A stretch of DNA of 38,514 nucleotides from Priapulus caudatus (taxonomy: Eukaryota): positions 529,423 through 567,936 of the forward strand of contig NW_014577080.1 in the NCBI RefSeq assembly GCF_000485595.1, in the 5' to 3' direction. Under the pieces are notes generated by a model. It saw nothing but the letters and a program-made list of their open reading frames with translations. It was not told where the DNA came from and searched no databases. This document shows, one piece after another, positions 1 through 13,809 of the stretch. The translations under genes were made by a program, and so were the position numbers. Positions within the stretch are counted from its first letter, which is position 1, and every line of letters begins with the position of its first letter.

Positions 1-19
1 CCACCGCGCGGGTGCCTGT

Positions 20-268
20 GCGTGCGTGCGTGCGTGCGTGTGTGTGTGTGTGTGTGTGGTGCGTGCGTGGCGTGCGTGCATGGCGTGCGTGCGTGCGTGC
101 GTGTGTGTGAGAGAGAGAGAGAGAGCGTGTGCGTGTGTAAGTGTGCGTGCGTGGCGTGCGTGTGTGCGTGCGTGCGTGCGTCCGTCCGTCCGTCCGTGCA
201 TGCTACATGCGTGTGCAGATTGTTTAGTTAGGTTGTCAGGGCGTATGTCTGTTTGAGCGTGCGCGTAT

Positions 269-337
<69 letters not shown>

Positions 338-432
338 AGATAGATACGCTGATTCATGCATCGCTCTATTCTGAAGTAAAAGCCCAATCGCGCTTATATA
401 TAAACACACACATGCAAACACACACACACGCA

Positions 433-464
<32 letters not shown>

Positions 465-497
465 ACGCACGCACGCACGGCACGCACGCACCGCACG

Positions 498-535
<38 letters not shown>
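20..535. repeat. Compound microsatellite cluster: (GCGT)n/(GT)n/(GA)n, (TA)n at about 267-333, (CA)n/(GCAC)n, (TA)n
   Basis: Read directly from the sequence; explains the RACVCV, HTHT and YIYI pseudo-ORFs here. Confidence 0.95.
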
Positions 536-892
536 CTGCTATAGGACTTGAAATTTTTTTGTCACGGATTTTTTTACGAGAAACTGAAATGGCTTTACAT
601 AGATTGCTAAGATGCTGCCGCTGCGTTGTACAGTCGGAAGGGTGACACAACGTGTCACGGTTAGACGTCATCTTGCCTGCAGTGGTCTGTTCATTTAGCA
701 CGTTGAGAGGCTAGGCCAAGTCGCGTTAGAAGGGATCGATGTTAATGTCTCTGAAGAAGTCAGGTTGCGGCCGCATCTTCTGTCATATGCTCCCTCCGCC
801 GAGACGTGCTCTGTGGCGTTGCACGGATGCGAACGCACGACTTTCTTTACTACCGTGCAGAGCACGAGCATTTAGCTCTCCTTACATTTCAG

Positions 893-1044
893 TTTTATTG
901 GGTTTCTGGGGGCGATTTCTATTCCGTAAACGACATGCCTCGGCTACCGTTGCCGTTACGCGCTCTCCCACCGGAGCAATTTATCCCAATGTTGGAATAC
1001 GAGTATGCAGTAGTGCCCTCGCCTATACAGCGAGGACCGACTAC
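893..1044 (+). CDS. Probable internal exon of the lachesin/DIP-like gene, middle of Ig1 (FYWVSGGDFYSVNDMPRLPLPLRALPPEQFIPMLEYEYAVVPSPIQRGPT[T])
   Basis: Strong acceptor ctctccttacatttcAG (AG 891-892) and consensus donor AC|GTAAGT (GT 1045-1046), with an open frame between them. It starts in phase 0 with F-Y-W, resembling the C-strand Trp segment of DIP/lachesin Ig1. Assignment to this gene is inferred from strand and position. Confidence 0.6.
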
Positions 1045-1472
1045 GTAAGTAACACAACAGCTCATCCTAGCACGGATATAGAATGGCATCACCGCGTGCG
1101 TGCAGTTCTGCTGGATCGAACGCTCATCGATATACGAATTAGCCGCTGCAATAGTGCGATGTAGGCTCATTAATAACAGTTATTAAACATCGTTATTAGA
1201 CGTAATAAGGACTAATTCGCATCGCGAAATTAGCGACTGAACTCGCAGTGAAATTATGGAACAGTATTCGTGTATATATAAGTGAACGAGTGAAATACGG
1301 GCGGTGTAAATTTGAGTTATTATAAAAATGAACAAGTTGTCTTGACCCCAGATAGTAAGCGATGTAAACGTACACTGGTAAGCTATAAATATGCCACGCG
1401 AAAAAAGACGTTATACACCAACTCCACGTGTGCACATATGCGCACACGTGCACACGCACGCGCGAAGACGTG

Positions 1473-1475
<3 letters not shown>

Positions 1476-1543
<68 letters not shown>

Positions 1544-1572
1544 CATCACCACACACACGCGCGCGCGCGCGC
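1476..1572. repeat. (CA)n microsatellite ending in (CG)n
   Basis: Direct reading. Confidence 0.95.
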
Positions 1573-1892
1573 AAAAGCTTACTGCGTTTCGTACGACTGT
1601 ACCTGTAGTAAACGCTTGCTTGACATTAATTCTCGGTGAGGCATCAGTGCATTTCACTCTTTAGATGTTAAACACGGTTAACACAAGAAAATCCACGACG
1701 GAACGAGTGACGACGCATCGGCGCTGTACGTCCACTTAACGCGCACTATATAACTGCCGCAACCCACCCGCTGTGGAATTACGCTCGCTAGAATCTTCAC
1801 GACGCAGGTTGACTCCATGAAACACGTTGAGGTGGCATATCAGGCTTTTGCCACGCACGTTTGTGCTGCACGCCGAACACGCTGTTATTCAC

Positions 1893-1952
1893 ACACAGCC
1901 ACCGTAGCAATCGTCGCACAGTCGGTAACGGCGACTGCTACGGTGGCTGTGT
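1893..1952. other. 24-bp imperfect inverted repeat (hairpin, 12-nt loop)
   Basis: acacagccaccgtagcaatcgtcg (1893-1916) pairs with cggcgactgctacggtggctgtgt (1929-1952), with one mismatch and one G-U pair. Confidence 0.85.
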
Positions 1953-1967
1953 CGTAGCCATAACATC

Positions 1968-2030
1968 AGGAGTGTATAATATAGTCAGATCATATGCATG
2001 TTATCAGGAATGTCTATATTATACACTCCT
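1968..2030. other. 17-bp perfect inverted repeat with 29-nt spacer
   Basis: aggagtgtataatatag (1968-1984) and ctatattatacactcct (2014-2030); also present in copy B at about 17772-17845. Confidence 0.85.
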
Positions 2031-3084
2031 AAAAGTGTCAGTGACATCCATGTAACACAACATGTGACTTCATGTCTGCACTGCAATTGTTCGTGTGTGA
2101 GGCGGACGTGGGAACCGTGTGGGAGAGGGGGGGGGAGATTAGGTTCGCAGGAAAGTCGCAGGAATAATCTACGAATACTACAACACATACTATATTTTCC
2201 TGCACATTAAATCGTGAACAAGCAAGAAAAATTGAAAAAATTTAAATACCTTTCAAGCAAGCCTTACACCCTGCACTGCTACGCTGCTGCCACTTCGCTA
2301 TACTACTGGCTTACCTGCTGCTACTACTGCATGCCACAGTATAGTACTAAATACTAGCTATAGTTGGCTCCGTATTTACGCGGGCGTATAGCTACTAAAT
2401 ACGTTATATTATGCGTATTCTAGAAAAAATTATTTCAGGTTGGTAAGCTGATTTTGATGCTGACGTTACAATAGAATAGGCAATACGCATAGCAATACCA
2501 AATGGCAATAAAAATAACAATAACAAATATATTTTCGCGTGCGCGAGCTTCACAATCATGCATCGCAGCTCACTGTGGAGACAGTAACGTATATGCACAC
2601 CACGTATAATTTTAATTGTTCTAACTTTTATCTCGCTGTCATCACTCGCATTCTTTTGTGTACGCGTGCATGTGTTTTTTTACAGTTTTTCTGCCTTTTA
2701 ATATATTCAATTTAATGCTTTGAACGCGACTTGGTTTTTTCGATACGGCTGCATGATTGAGCGATTCGTCACGCTACTGGGCACTAACACAAATTGAGAA
2801 CGAATTTTTAAAGTGTCTTCACAGAGTTCAGAGTAGATACGACTGCATGCGTGTGTAGCGTGTATGTAATCAATCGGGATTAACGTGTGTCTGTTACATC
2901 GGTTTTATTTGGAGCCATAATATTCTTGCATGGCTTCGCGTAGGGCTATCGTTGCTTATGCACTCCAACAAAACAGAATCTTATATTAAATATTAGGAAG
3001 TATATATACAAATCAATAATCTGGTCATGTATAACCGTACGAGAATGAATAGATGGAATACCGCAAGCGCGCGCGAATGCAGAC

Positions 3085-3260
3085 AAATACACGCGCACGC
3101 GTGCGTGCAAATGCGACGACGAACGCACCCACGGACGCACGCGCAGCGGCACACGCACACGACCACAACACACGCGCACACACACATACACTACACCGAG
3201 CACCACACCACACACACACACACACACACGCACGCACGCACGCACGCGCGCGCGCACACA
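3085..3260. repeat. (CA)n/(GCAC)n microsatellite
   Basis: Direct reading; counterpart at about 18880-19080. Confidence 0.9.
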
Positions 3261-5297
3261 GACGCTCAAATAGTTGCGTGAAATTAAGATTTACCATAAT
3301 GGTTTATTGTGTTAGTTAGAATTTGTGATATTTTTATAACTGGAACTTTCATAGCGTTGGTGAGACAAAAATGGTTCACAAATTCTTGCGCTGAATGTCA
3401 CACGCTACTTCCACTACCAGTGGAGTGTTTTTCCACTACTGCATCTCAGCTCGTTAAGAAAAGGCTAGGCATCTCCATATATCACTAGGCCCACCAAGAC
3501 GCAAAAGCATGAAAGCGAACTGAGATAGCATTCGGACTCGGTTCGATAAAAATTTCGAATGCAGTCGGGCACGAAAAAATATTATACCGATGGAATTCAT
3601 ACTGGTGAACTTTCTTATAGGCACAATCAATATCAATGGAATCGTGGTCGCTTATGTTTTCACTGTATTCTTTCTGCTTATTGGTGCCATCGTGGCATGG
3701 CATGCTCCTTTCGTATTTGCTCGAGATAGTGTACTATAAGGAGGCCTATAATACTATATACTTTATATACTAACATAATAATATGATACTGAATAGTAAG
3801 AACCCGGTTAGAATTACTTGTTATATTCATTTAATCATGATTTAATTTAATAAATAGATTTAGTTGGGAATAAAACTTCAAGGTCGACAGTCGGTCAAAC
3901 ACACAGAAAAAGCGCACATTTAATTCCGTCGTAGATTCAGTAACGGACCACGTCGAGCAGATATATTTTCCTAGTTCACAAATTGCAGACGGATTCGCGT
4001 AATATAATTTATTTGAGCGTAACAGGGAACCATATACCATATATCAGTTGCGAGTTTCGCAGCACGCGAGCGAAAGTCATGCGTGATATATTGCGCTGGC
4101 CATGTGTAACACTCGGCCGTTCGTCACGAAGCTCATGATCATTTGTGCGCGACTATCGAGTGTTGCGCATTATTATATGTACGTCTCCTTCCTCTCACTA
4201 TATAATCTCCCCGTGCTCGTTTTATTTTGGGTGTAGGGGTGCGTTCGAAAATTTGATCCGCCGCTTTGCCAGGCTACAATAGAATCGATTTATAACGTGT
4301 ACGTTTGGAACGCAAAGTGTGATATTCCGTTCTGTACAAACCACGCATCTATACATACACACACCCACTGCGAGCGCGGCCACACGCACACGCATACACC
4401 CGCACGCACACGCATACACCCGCACACGCACGCACGCACGCGCGCACACACACGCACACACACACATATATACACACACACACGCACGCACGCACGCACG
4501 CACACACACACATATACATACACACACACTCCACATACATACATACATACATGAACATACATACATACATACATACATACATAGCATACATACGGAATCA
4601 TATACATAACATGACATACATACATAGACATAAGCATACATAACCATATCATAGCATAATACTGACATACTAATACATAGCATACATACATACATACATA
4701 GCATAGCATGCATCATCAGCATGGCATGTCATGCATGCATGCATGCATCATGCATGCATACGATACATACATACATACATAAACATATCATACAGTACAT
4801 ACATAGCCATACATACATACTACATACATACATACTACATACATACAATACATACATAACATACATAGCATACATACATACATACTACATACGTACATAC
4901 ATACATACATACGTACATTACATACATACATACATACAACATACTATACATACATACATACAGTACATAACATTACATACATACATACTACATTACATAC
5001 ATACATACATTACATACATACATACATACGTACCCATACATACATACATCATACATAGCTACTACAGACATAGCATACATACATACATGACATACATCAT
5101 ACATACATACATACATCATACCATACATAGCATACATACATACATACATACATACATACATACATACATACATCACAGTACATACATACATACATACAGT
5201 ACAATAAAGCATACAATACATACATACATACATACATACGATACATACAGGTCTACAAAATACAATAAACAATACATACATAACGCATACATTAACA

Positions 5298-5838
5298 CAG
5301 GCCCGTAGCCAGGGGGGGGGTGTCGGGGGTTCGAACGAACCCCCCGAGCCTCCCCCCCCCAAGCAAAAAAAAAATGTTGGTTGAAAAATTTGGCAAGATT
5401 TCAACTACAAGATATCCGAGCATCACATTTTAGTGTAATAATATGGACAAAAATACTGCCATCGTGGCGGGAGGGTGACACAGTGAACAGCCCCCTCCCA
5501 CACCCTCCCCGCCGGCTCGGTGCTTGGCTCCCTCGCCCTGGTCGCTTATCGGCGCCCGAGACAGGGGCGTGTAACAGGGGGGGATCCAGGAGAGAGTCCA
5601 AGAACCCCCGTAATGACTCGAGCGCAGAAAAAAACGCATCTGAGGGGGTGTTAAATTTTAAAAAAAATTCCTGGGGATAGCCCCAGATCCCCCTTCGCGT
5701 GCTCGTAACTTTGGGATTTACGGTTAAGAACCCAACCGCCCCCTGGTACAAAATCCTGTACACCCCCTGGCCAGCAAATTGCTGAACATTGAAAAACGAA
5801 CCCCCCCCCCAACATAAAGAGACTGCTACGAAGGCCTA
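5298..5838. mobile_element. Putative MITE (outer element) with CAGGCCCGTAGC terminal inverted repeats
   Basis: Left end caggcccgtagccagggggggg; right end ctgctacgaaggcct is a degenerate reverse complement. Subterminal G/C runs and a cgaacccccc motif occur near both ends. It is a GC-rich, non-coding island inside (CATA)n. The family was not identified. Confidence 0.7.
5562..5769. mobile_element. Putative MITE (inner element, about 208 bp) nested in the outer element
   Basis: Left terminus caggggcgtgtaacagg and right terminus cctgtacaccccctg (reverse complement cagggggtgtacagg). Confidence 0.7.
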
Positions 5839-8800
5839 AGCACATATCATACAATAACAATACATACATAACATACATACATACATAGCATACATACATA
5901 CATAGCATACATACATACATAACATACCATACATCCATACATACATCCATACATACATACATACATATCATAGGCATACATATCAGTACATACATACATA
6001 CAACATACATAACATACATCCATACATACATAACATACATACAGTACTACATGAACATACGATACAATACATACATATCATACATTACATACATACAGTA
6101 CATAGCTAATACATACATACTACATACATACATAAATACATACATACATACATAAATACATACAAATACAAATACATACCTACATACATAGAAGAAAAAA
6201 CATACATACATACATACTATCATGACCTACAGTACAACTAACATAGCATATCATATGCATACATACATACATACATACATCATACATACATACATACATA
6301 ACATTACATACCATACATACAATACATACATACATACCATACATACATACATACATACATAGCATACATACATACATAAGTACGATACATACATACATAC
6401 ATACATACATACATACATACATACATAACATTACATACAATACTGACATACAACATTACATACATACATACATTACATAATACATACCATACGATACATA
6501 GCGATACATACATACATACATACATACATGACATACAACATACATACATACATACATACATACGAGTACATACATACAAACATACATACATACATACAAT
6601 ACATACATACATACTGACATACGATACATTACCATCACATACATACAGGTACATACATACATACATACATAACAGTACATACATACAAATACAAAATACA
6701 ACATCATACATACATACATACATACAGACATACATACATTACGATACATATAACATACATACATACATCATACAATATACATACATCCATACTACATACA
6801 TACATACATACCTGACAATACAATACATAACCAAACATAACATACAATACATACATACATACAATACATACATAACAATACATACATACAATACATACAT
6901 ACATTAACATACAATACATAACAAACATAACAATAACATACATACATAACATCATACCAATACATAAAAATACAAATACCTACAATACATACATACATAC
7001 AACAATACATAACATACATCATACATACATAGCATTACAAGTACATAACATACATACATACATAGCGGAAATACAGAATACCATACCATACCATACAGTA
7101 CATACATACATACCATATCATACATATCCAGTACATAACATACATACAAGTACGATACATACATACATCAATACATACAGGTACATACATGACGATACAG
7201 TACATACAATACAGTACATACATACATACATACATAGCATACATACCTACATACATACTACATACCTACAGTACATACATGACATACCATACATACATAC
7301 CTCATACCATACATACATACATACAACATAGTGATTACATACAACATTCATACATACATACATGACCAGTACATTACATACTAGCATACATACATAATAC
7401 GAATACATACATACATACTACAGTACATACATACATACATAATACATACATACATACATACAATACATACATACATACATACATACATACAGTACTACAT
7501 ACATACATACAGATACACCGAGAAGGGCAGCCGAAAAGCGCGGGCGGAGTCGCCACGCACACGGCACGCACGGCATGATAACAGCGCACGCCGCGAAGCC
7601 ACGGCAGCGACGCCGCACGGCACGCACGGCACTTGGCTGCCGGAGATGCCACAGACAGAGAATGTAGGTGCACGCATAAGGATTACACAATATCGTCAGC
7701 GTTCTTGTATGATCCAAGACGGGTTCGCTCTACGCAAGCGTAATGGTGCGGCAATCAGAGAAGCCTGAGGCAAACAGCAACAGAGCATGTACTAAGTGCT
7801 TCAGCGCAGGTTCAACAGGCCAATCAGCAGAAACCTAAAGAGAGCAAACAAACAATACGAGAAAAACAAACCATTGAGAAAAAATTCGAGATCTTCGCGT
7901 TGTCGCGCCCCTGCCCGATCCATGGCAGGAAAATCACAGTATATCATGTCAAAATATATGCCTGCGATGCATGCAAAGTCGAGTCAGACAGTTCTGATAT
8001 CAGGAGGCCAACAAAAGCGCCATTTTTAGAGGCCTTGTTAAACCTAAGGCTGACGGTCATAAAATGACTTAGTCGATGTTCTTTCCTGAATATCGTACAG
8101 ACGACGTCCATACAGAATCATTCCTAAGCCATCTTATACAACTACTAGATAAGCAGACCATTAAGAATAACACATACCAGCTGTCGATTGGTTTCACGAA
8201 GCGGTATAAGTTGAGACCGGCTACTATATCTGAGGGCGCAATTGGTGAGATGAATGCAAGGCCGTATCACATTTCGTGGCGATTCCATCTTCTGGCCGAC
8301 ATGGAGGAGCTGCGAGGCTGGAGCGGTTGTTGCGTGTTCGCGCTCGTAAGGACAGCGGGTGCGCGCGCCTGGCGGAGCACACGTTTCGACAGCAGTGAGA
8401 GACAGTGCGACGATAGCAGTGAGCGTGACTGATAGATGTCCGACCGTTCAAGATTATGGGCGCGTGTAAGAGGGTGCACGTGCGCTTGTAGCGGCGGTGT
8501 AGGTGGGGGGTGAACGCGCATGGTAAGAGCACGAGTGGCGCGCACTACGGTGCCGCGTGCGTGTCGCGGTGCGTGCGCCTGTGCGTGCATATAGCATCGT
8601 GGAGTGCGTGCGGTTGCGTCTGTGCGTGCAGTCCGTGCCGTGGCGTCGCGTGCGTGCGCTGTGCGTGCGTGCCCGTGCGTGGCGTCTATGCGTGCGTGCG
8701 TGCGTGCGTGAAGGCGAGGTGGGTAGTTAAAGGCGCCAGCATCGGATGCATACAGATAATGATGCGCCCGCGCGCTCCGTACTCTCTTATAGATTTGATT

Positions 8801-10553
8801 CCGCCATTTTATAGACACGATAATGTGCTGCAAAAATAAACAAAGAACGACCGACCGTACGGCATGTCGATGAAATTATTAGGTGACTATATAATGTAGA
8901 TACCGGTCGTACATACGTGCTACGTGCATCTAATACAGTGAATCATGCTACGATAGTGAGTTGTAATGATTAAAATATTTATTAATTAACAATGTATAAC
9001 TATGGCCTAGCAAATGAGAATGCATGTTGGTGCACGTATATTCTACGAGGATATCATATATATATACTATATATAGTATATTAGGTATAGTAGCTGATAT
9101 GAGGTATATATATACTGAAGCTGGCGGACGTGGTCTATAAATATTGTACGGTGTGAAGGGCAATGCACAGCTGGGTAGATACGCTGTAGACCTGCAAAAA
9201 TCTGGGTCTTTGATGTGCGCCGTGGTCTGGGGCCCTCGAGGTTATTTGACATTCACGAGCATTGCTATGCAAGCGATTGCCTCGCCGGAATATTTTTAGT
9301 GTTTTCGTGTGCAAAGCGAATGACGAGCTGTGCTAAACGCACCGAGCTGGCAGGTGGGCGTGTGCGAACCGAGAGAAGAGGCGATTGAAGAAGCACCTTC
9401 TGATGCTCTCGAAACAATATTAAAATGTTGCGCTGCAGTCTTAATCCGCGATCTTGACTTCTGAAGCAACGCTTCATAACAAGTTGATTACACTCCGTCC
9501 CATTATTAAAACCGGCAGTTGTATACGCGATAATTGTTTCTTCCAGAAAATGCAATAAAGTACAATAAGAGTGAACGTAAAACGGACGATCTGCGTACTT
9601 GATCAAAGCATGGCTGCTCGCGCTTCTGCAGTTTCTCGGTGGCAGTATGAGGATCCTGTAGGCCTTAGAAGTGCTTACGCTGGTATCGTTGCTCTATAGT
9701 TTCTATTAAAGCGCGGGAATCCACACTATATCTAAACTAGGTAGCTGCGTGCGGGAATGGCATTCGCACAGGAATAAAATGACATATAACAGTATTAATT
9801 TCAATCATACAGATATGCAGGGCATACGCGATTCGTAACGACGGACAGATCTCATCATTTCTTGATATAAATCGTGCACGTAATTGTAACTTGCGCAGAT
9901 GAAGATTGCAATTATGATAGAGGAGATGGTGTGGCCTCACTTCTATCTATGACTCTTACCCCTCTATAATTTACACCGCAGCGTATTATTCTTTCATTAA
10001 GTTCTCACAAATTTTATTGCGGCCAAATTGATCGCTTCTGATATTATCTCGCGTATTAAACGTGAGAGCGAGCATTGTGTCTAATATGATTTTGCAGTTA
10101 ACGTATAGTAAATCTTCTATACTGCTACAATACAGAAAACATTGCGTACAGGTCGCACAACGTCAACAATAAATTGGTGGCCCGGTGTAACGTAGCAAAG
10201 GGGCATTAAAGCCTTGTTGTGTCGGCTATAATGCAACATATGGTGACAGTTTCAAAATCATCAACAAGAACGGAGAAAAAACACATTAACCTATTATCTT
10301 GAAACGTAACCATGCGCCATCGCTTCACCGCATTCGGGCGTTAATAGGGCTCAGAATTCGAATGTTCGAGCTTAGTTTTTATTTCGAATGCTGTTATAGC
10401 TGTCCAGGCCAGCGCGCAGAGCAGCGCTATACAAAGAGATGGGATGCCGGACACTACCAGGCCTACATCAAATGCGAAAGAATTTACGAATAGTCGACGA
10501 TGGATGCCCGGTAAAATGTCGCGCTGGGGGGCCGGGCGCCTGTTTTTTTGCAG

Positions 10554-10723
10554 TTCCGCCAGCATTTTTATTTCGTCTGAGAAGACGCAGTCCCGAGATT
10601 GAGGTGATGGAAGGAGCAAAACGTGACGAAGATGGAGAGCGAGCGACGAGGTGTTGCCTACCGAATATCACAGATGGCGCAAAGGGACGGGATGACAAGA
10701 AACTGAAGTATTGGCCAGACCAG
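10554..10723 (+). pseudogene. Frameshifted copy of the Ig2 first-half exon (probably sequencing or assembly error, not a true pseudogene)
   Basis: Matches 24665-24820, keeps the tttttttgcAG acceptor, cag|GTGAG donor and the peptide EIEVMEGA, but is 170 nt versus 156 nt. Confidence 0.8.
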
Positions 10724-12947
10724 GTGAGGTTATCACCCACCGAGCGATAGCGTTAGCAGTGTCGGCGAAACGGTGGGATCAAGGACTATTATCACAAGTT
10801 GCCACCGCCTGGATAGATAAGGCATTGTTCGCTTAACGCAAATAGTTCTGGTTCCGATCTATATAACATGCTCGTACTAAAACGATTCGTGTGCGTCGCT
10901 TCCGACTATAATAGGGCCTACTCAAGCCCTATATATAAGCTGTGCAATATCGTCGAAGTGTGTTTGTTATTCATATAAGAGAGATCGACAATAGCGAAAC
11001 TGACGTTCGTTCTCAGACACGCTTATGTGTCTGGCTTCACGTACGCGAGTGGAGTACTTGATAGCGGAATGATTTAATAGGAGAAATTGCTTAATGAAAA
11101 GCAGCACGTGACGTGCCCGTCTTGTAACATGATACCAGGTAGCGTACGGGCAGACTCATAAGCAATTGAGGCTAGGTGAGAGGTTGACGGTCCATGCAAA
11201 CGGGATAAATCTACGATCAAAACCGATCAAACGATCAAACGTTTTAATAATCTCGCTCACATTTGCATGTAATTTCACAGGACCTCTTAATTCACGGAAC
11301 AAGTGGATAATGCGCATGTTCGACGTTGTCCTCTTTTATCGGGAATGATATATCCAACAATCTAACATGCCAACGGCCACATTCAAGGGATTTAAATATT
11401 TAACGCTATTTGCGTTCGCGGGACCTAAAACGCTAGCTTGGCGATATACATCGCAGTCTTGTAGGTTAAATCCTGACAGGCCTTTTATATGTAGTCGATT
11501 TTCCCTGAGAGTATGGACTCAGAGATCTGATCTTATAGCATTCTGTATGTTATTTACTAACGGTACATGCGACGCGGCTGGCCGGATAAGAAACGCGCTT
11601 TATTACGGTGGAAACTATAGTAGAGTATGTAGGCCCGTGTTGCTGAATAAAGCTTTCCCGCGCACCAAAGTCCAATGGCGGCTGACTATACGCAGTTGAG
11701 AATGCGAACTAATTGAAAATGAGAAGGAAGGGGATCGTGTTGCATATAATAGGTTACGAGTGAATGTAGGCATTGTTGTTACGCACCGCACCCCCGCTCG
11801 TCCGCAAGGATGACTCACTGACGGACGTATCAATATTAGACTGTGGGAAAAAATTATCAATTCCTTTTAATTCGTTTAACAAAGTGCCGCTAGAACTCGG
11901 GCGCATGTGTTGCTACTGAACTCCTCATCTCGTGCGCCCGTGTAATGTGCCAGGTCGAGTGCGTAATCTTCGAATACATTCAGTCACCGCATTGGCGCTT
12001 GAAATACATAGAGCAGAGAATTACAGGTAATTGTATTTCTGTGCGTATAGCTGTGCGCATTTACTGCCCGCAGGAAGGGCGAGTACATGCTATAGCAATA
12101 GCCCTGGCTCGAGACTGAAGTAGAATTGGGCAGCGCGGATAATGAGAGACAAGACACAGTAGCTATGCCACAAGCCTCAAATGAATAAGCCGGATATTAG
12201 GGAGTAGTGTTATAGCGGATGACTTTAGTCTTCGCATGAGGCAAAATAACTTCCCAACAAACATTATTACGCGGTAGAATTGCATGGCCATTCGGGTTGA
12301 TGGAGGCCGAAGATTGCGCGTATAGGCGCAGGGCGGACCATAGAAACATGTGGGAGGAGGTAGGCCAGGCCGAATGCGGTTATCGCGTGTTGCGTGCATG
12401 GTTGTAATAGACAAGCGGTCCCCCGGGGTATATCGCGCGCGCAGAAAGTCGTCATAAAAAGCACCGCGCGCGGCCCGATGGCCACCGTAACACGTAACAC
12501 GGACCTGGGGACGCGAGATAAGAATAAGAGCAGAGCTATACGCGACCGCAGCTCATGATAAAATAAAAGAGCATCATATAAAAAAGCCGCTTCTAATATT
12601 GAAACGAGTACGAGAAAACGCCGGTCAATACCATACATCACGCGCCGCGGCGGGACGCACGTACACACGAACACAGCATACCACCGGCGACTGCCGGCCC
12701 AGCCCAGTCTTCGACGCCCGGAGAGTATGCTATCAGAGCAAAGACGAACAATCGCCGCGTCTAATGTGGACCTGGAAGTTTGACCTGCTGGTTAGATGTT
12801 TCTTGAGCGCCCAATTAACGAACTTGTCGCGGACTGTCATGGCTGCGCGAGAAAAGAGGTAACTGATTAATCGCCGGCGCGTGTAACGACGAACGGTGCA
12901 CGTTTTCTTTTCTCTTTCTCTCGCGCTCACAACAACCAGCACGGCAG

Positions 12948-13103
12948 CCCGTTCTCGGCCGCGCAGAGGCGAATGGCCGCGAGCTCTAAGCAACTGTACA
13001 GCGGCAATGGACGCCGGCAGGCTACAATATGACAAATCGCCTTCGAACCGGCGTCCTCTCCACGGGCAGATCAAGGCAGCATCATGCTCAGCCTAGTGTC
13101 AAT
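12948..13103 (+). pseudogene. Frameshifted copy of the Ig2 second-half exon (probable artefact)
   Basis: Matches 26776-26904 (atggacgccggcag ... gcatcatgctcag ... caat|gtaag); 156 nt versus 129 nt. Confidence 0.8.
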
Positions 13104-13809
13104 GTAAGAACTCCGCCGGATGTAAGCCGAGAAGAGTCGGCAGCTATCGTGCTTATCCTGAAGTCTTTTTCGCCGGCGCGCACGACGCGGGCGCCCGTCG
13201 TCTTTTTTCCAGCAGCGACCAGGAGCGGGGATATCTTTCATAGAACAAAGGTGATCTTGTTGTTCGCGCGGTAGCGGGAGTTAGGTCGCGCGAGATTCTT
13301 AAGGCGCAGAGGCTCGCATAAGACACGGCTCTCTTTATCACTTCACGAGTTATTGGCGTCCGTAGTGTTCTCCGAGTCGCTATCATCGAATAGCCAGTTT
13401 ACATTTAGATCACGATATCATATGCTGACATGTAGTAAACGTAAAGATGATGCGTAATAGCCGCAAAGCAGATAGCGCATGTAGGCCATGATTTATTGAG
13501 AGCAGTGAAAGGACAGCGACGATCTAGTCTTCAGATAGTTCCGTATGGCTTATTGATGAGCGCGGCGGATCTGTTTTTTGTTCGAGATAAAACGAATGCG
13601 CAGTATAAGTGCAGGCACGCCCTAATGTATGTGTGCACCTATAATCAGCACCGTGAACGAAGCTTTCGTATAATAGTAATACCGCGATGCTGACCCGCCG
13701 CGGTTTGTGCCATGTATGTACTTATTACCTCGCTACCCAACACGCACAGTATTGTAACAACTTTCCATATCTCTGCTGATCTCACCGGCGCAAGCTATTA
13801 TGCGCGTAG

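Larger units (their letters stand above)
4381..7511. repeat. Very long degenerate (CATA)n tract of about 3 kb, preceded by (CA)n/(GCAC)n and interrupted by a nested element at 5298-5838
   Basis: Direct reading; source of the MYVCMYV and HTYI pseudo-ORFs. Confidence 0.97.

Noticed and set aside
22..7717. Many ORFs rich in MYVC, HTYI, CVCV or THTH (also at 16037-16633, 20000-23044 and 30118-30517)
   Set aside because: They are translations of stop-free (CATA)n, (CA)n and (GCGT)n microsatellites, open in several frames on both strands, with no protein signal.
8895..8940. DTGRTYVLRASN-like peptide resembling an Ig F-strand
   Set aside because: It has no cysteine, and the motif is absent in the cleaner copy at about 17645-17690, so it comes from read noise.
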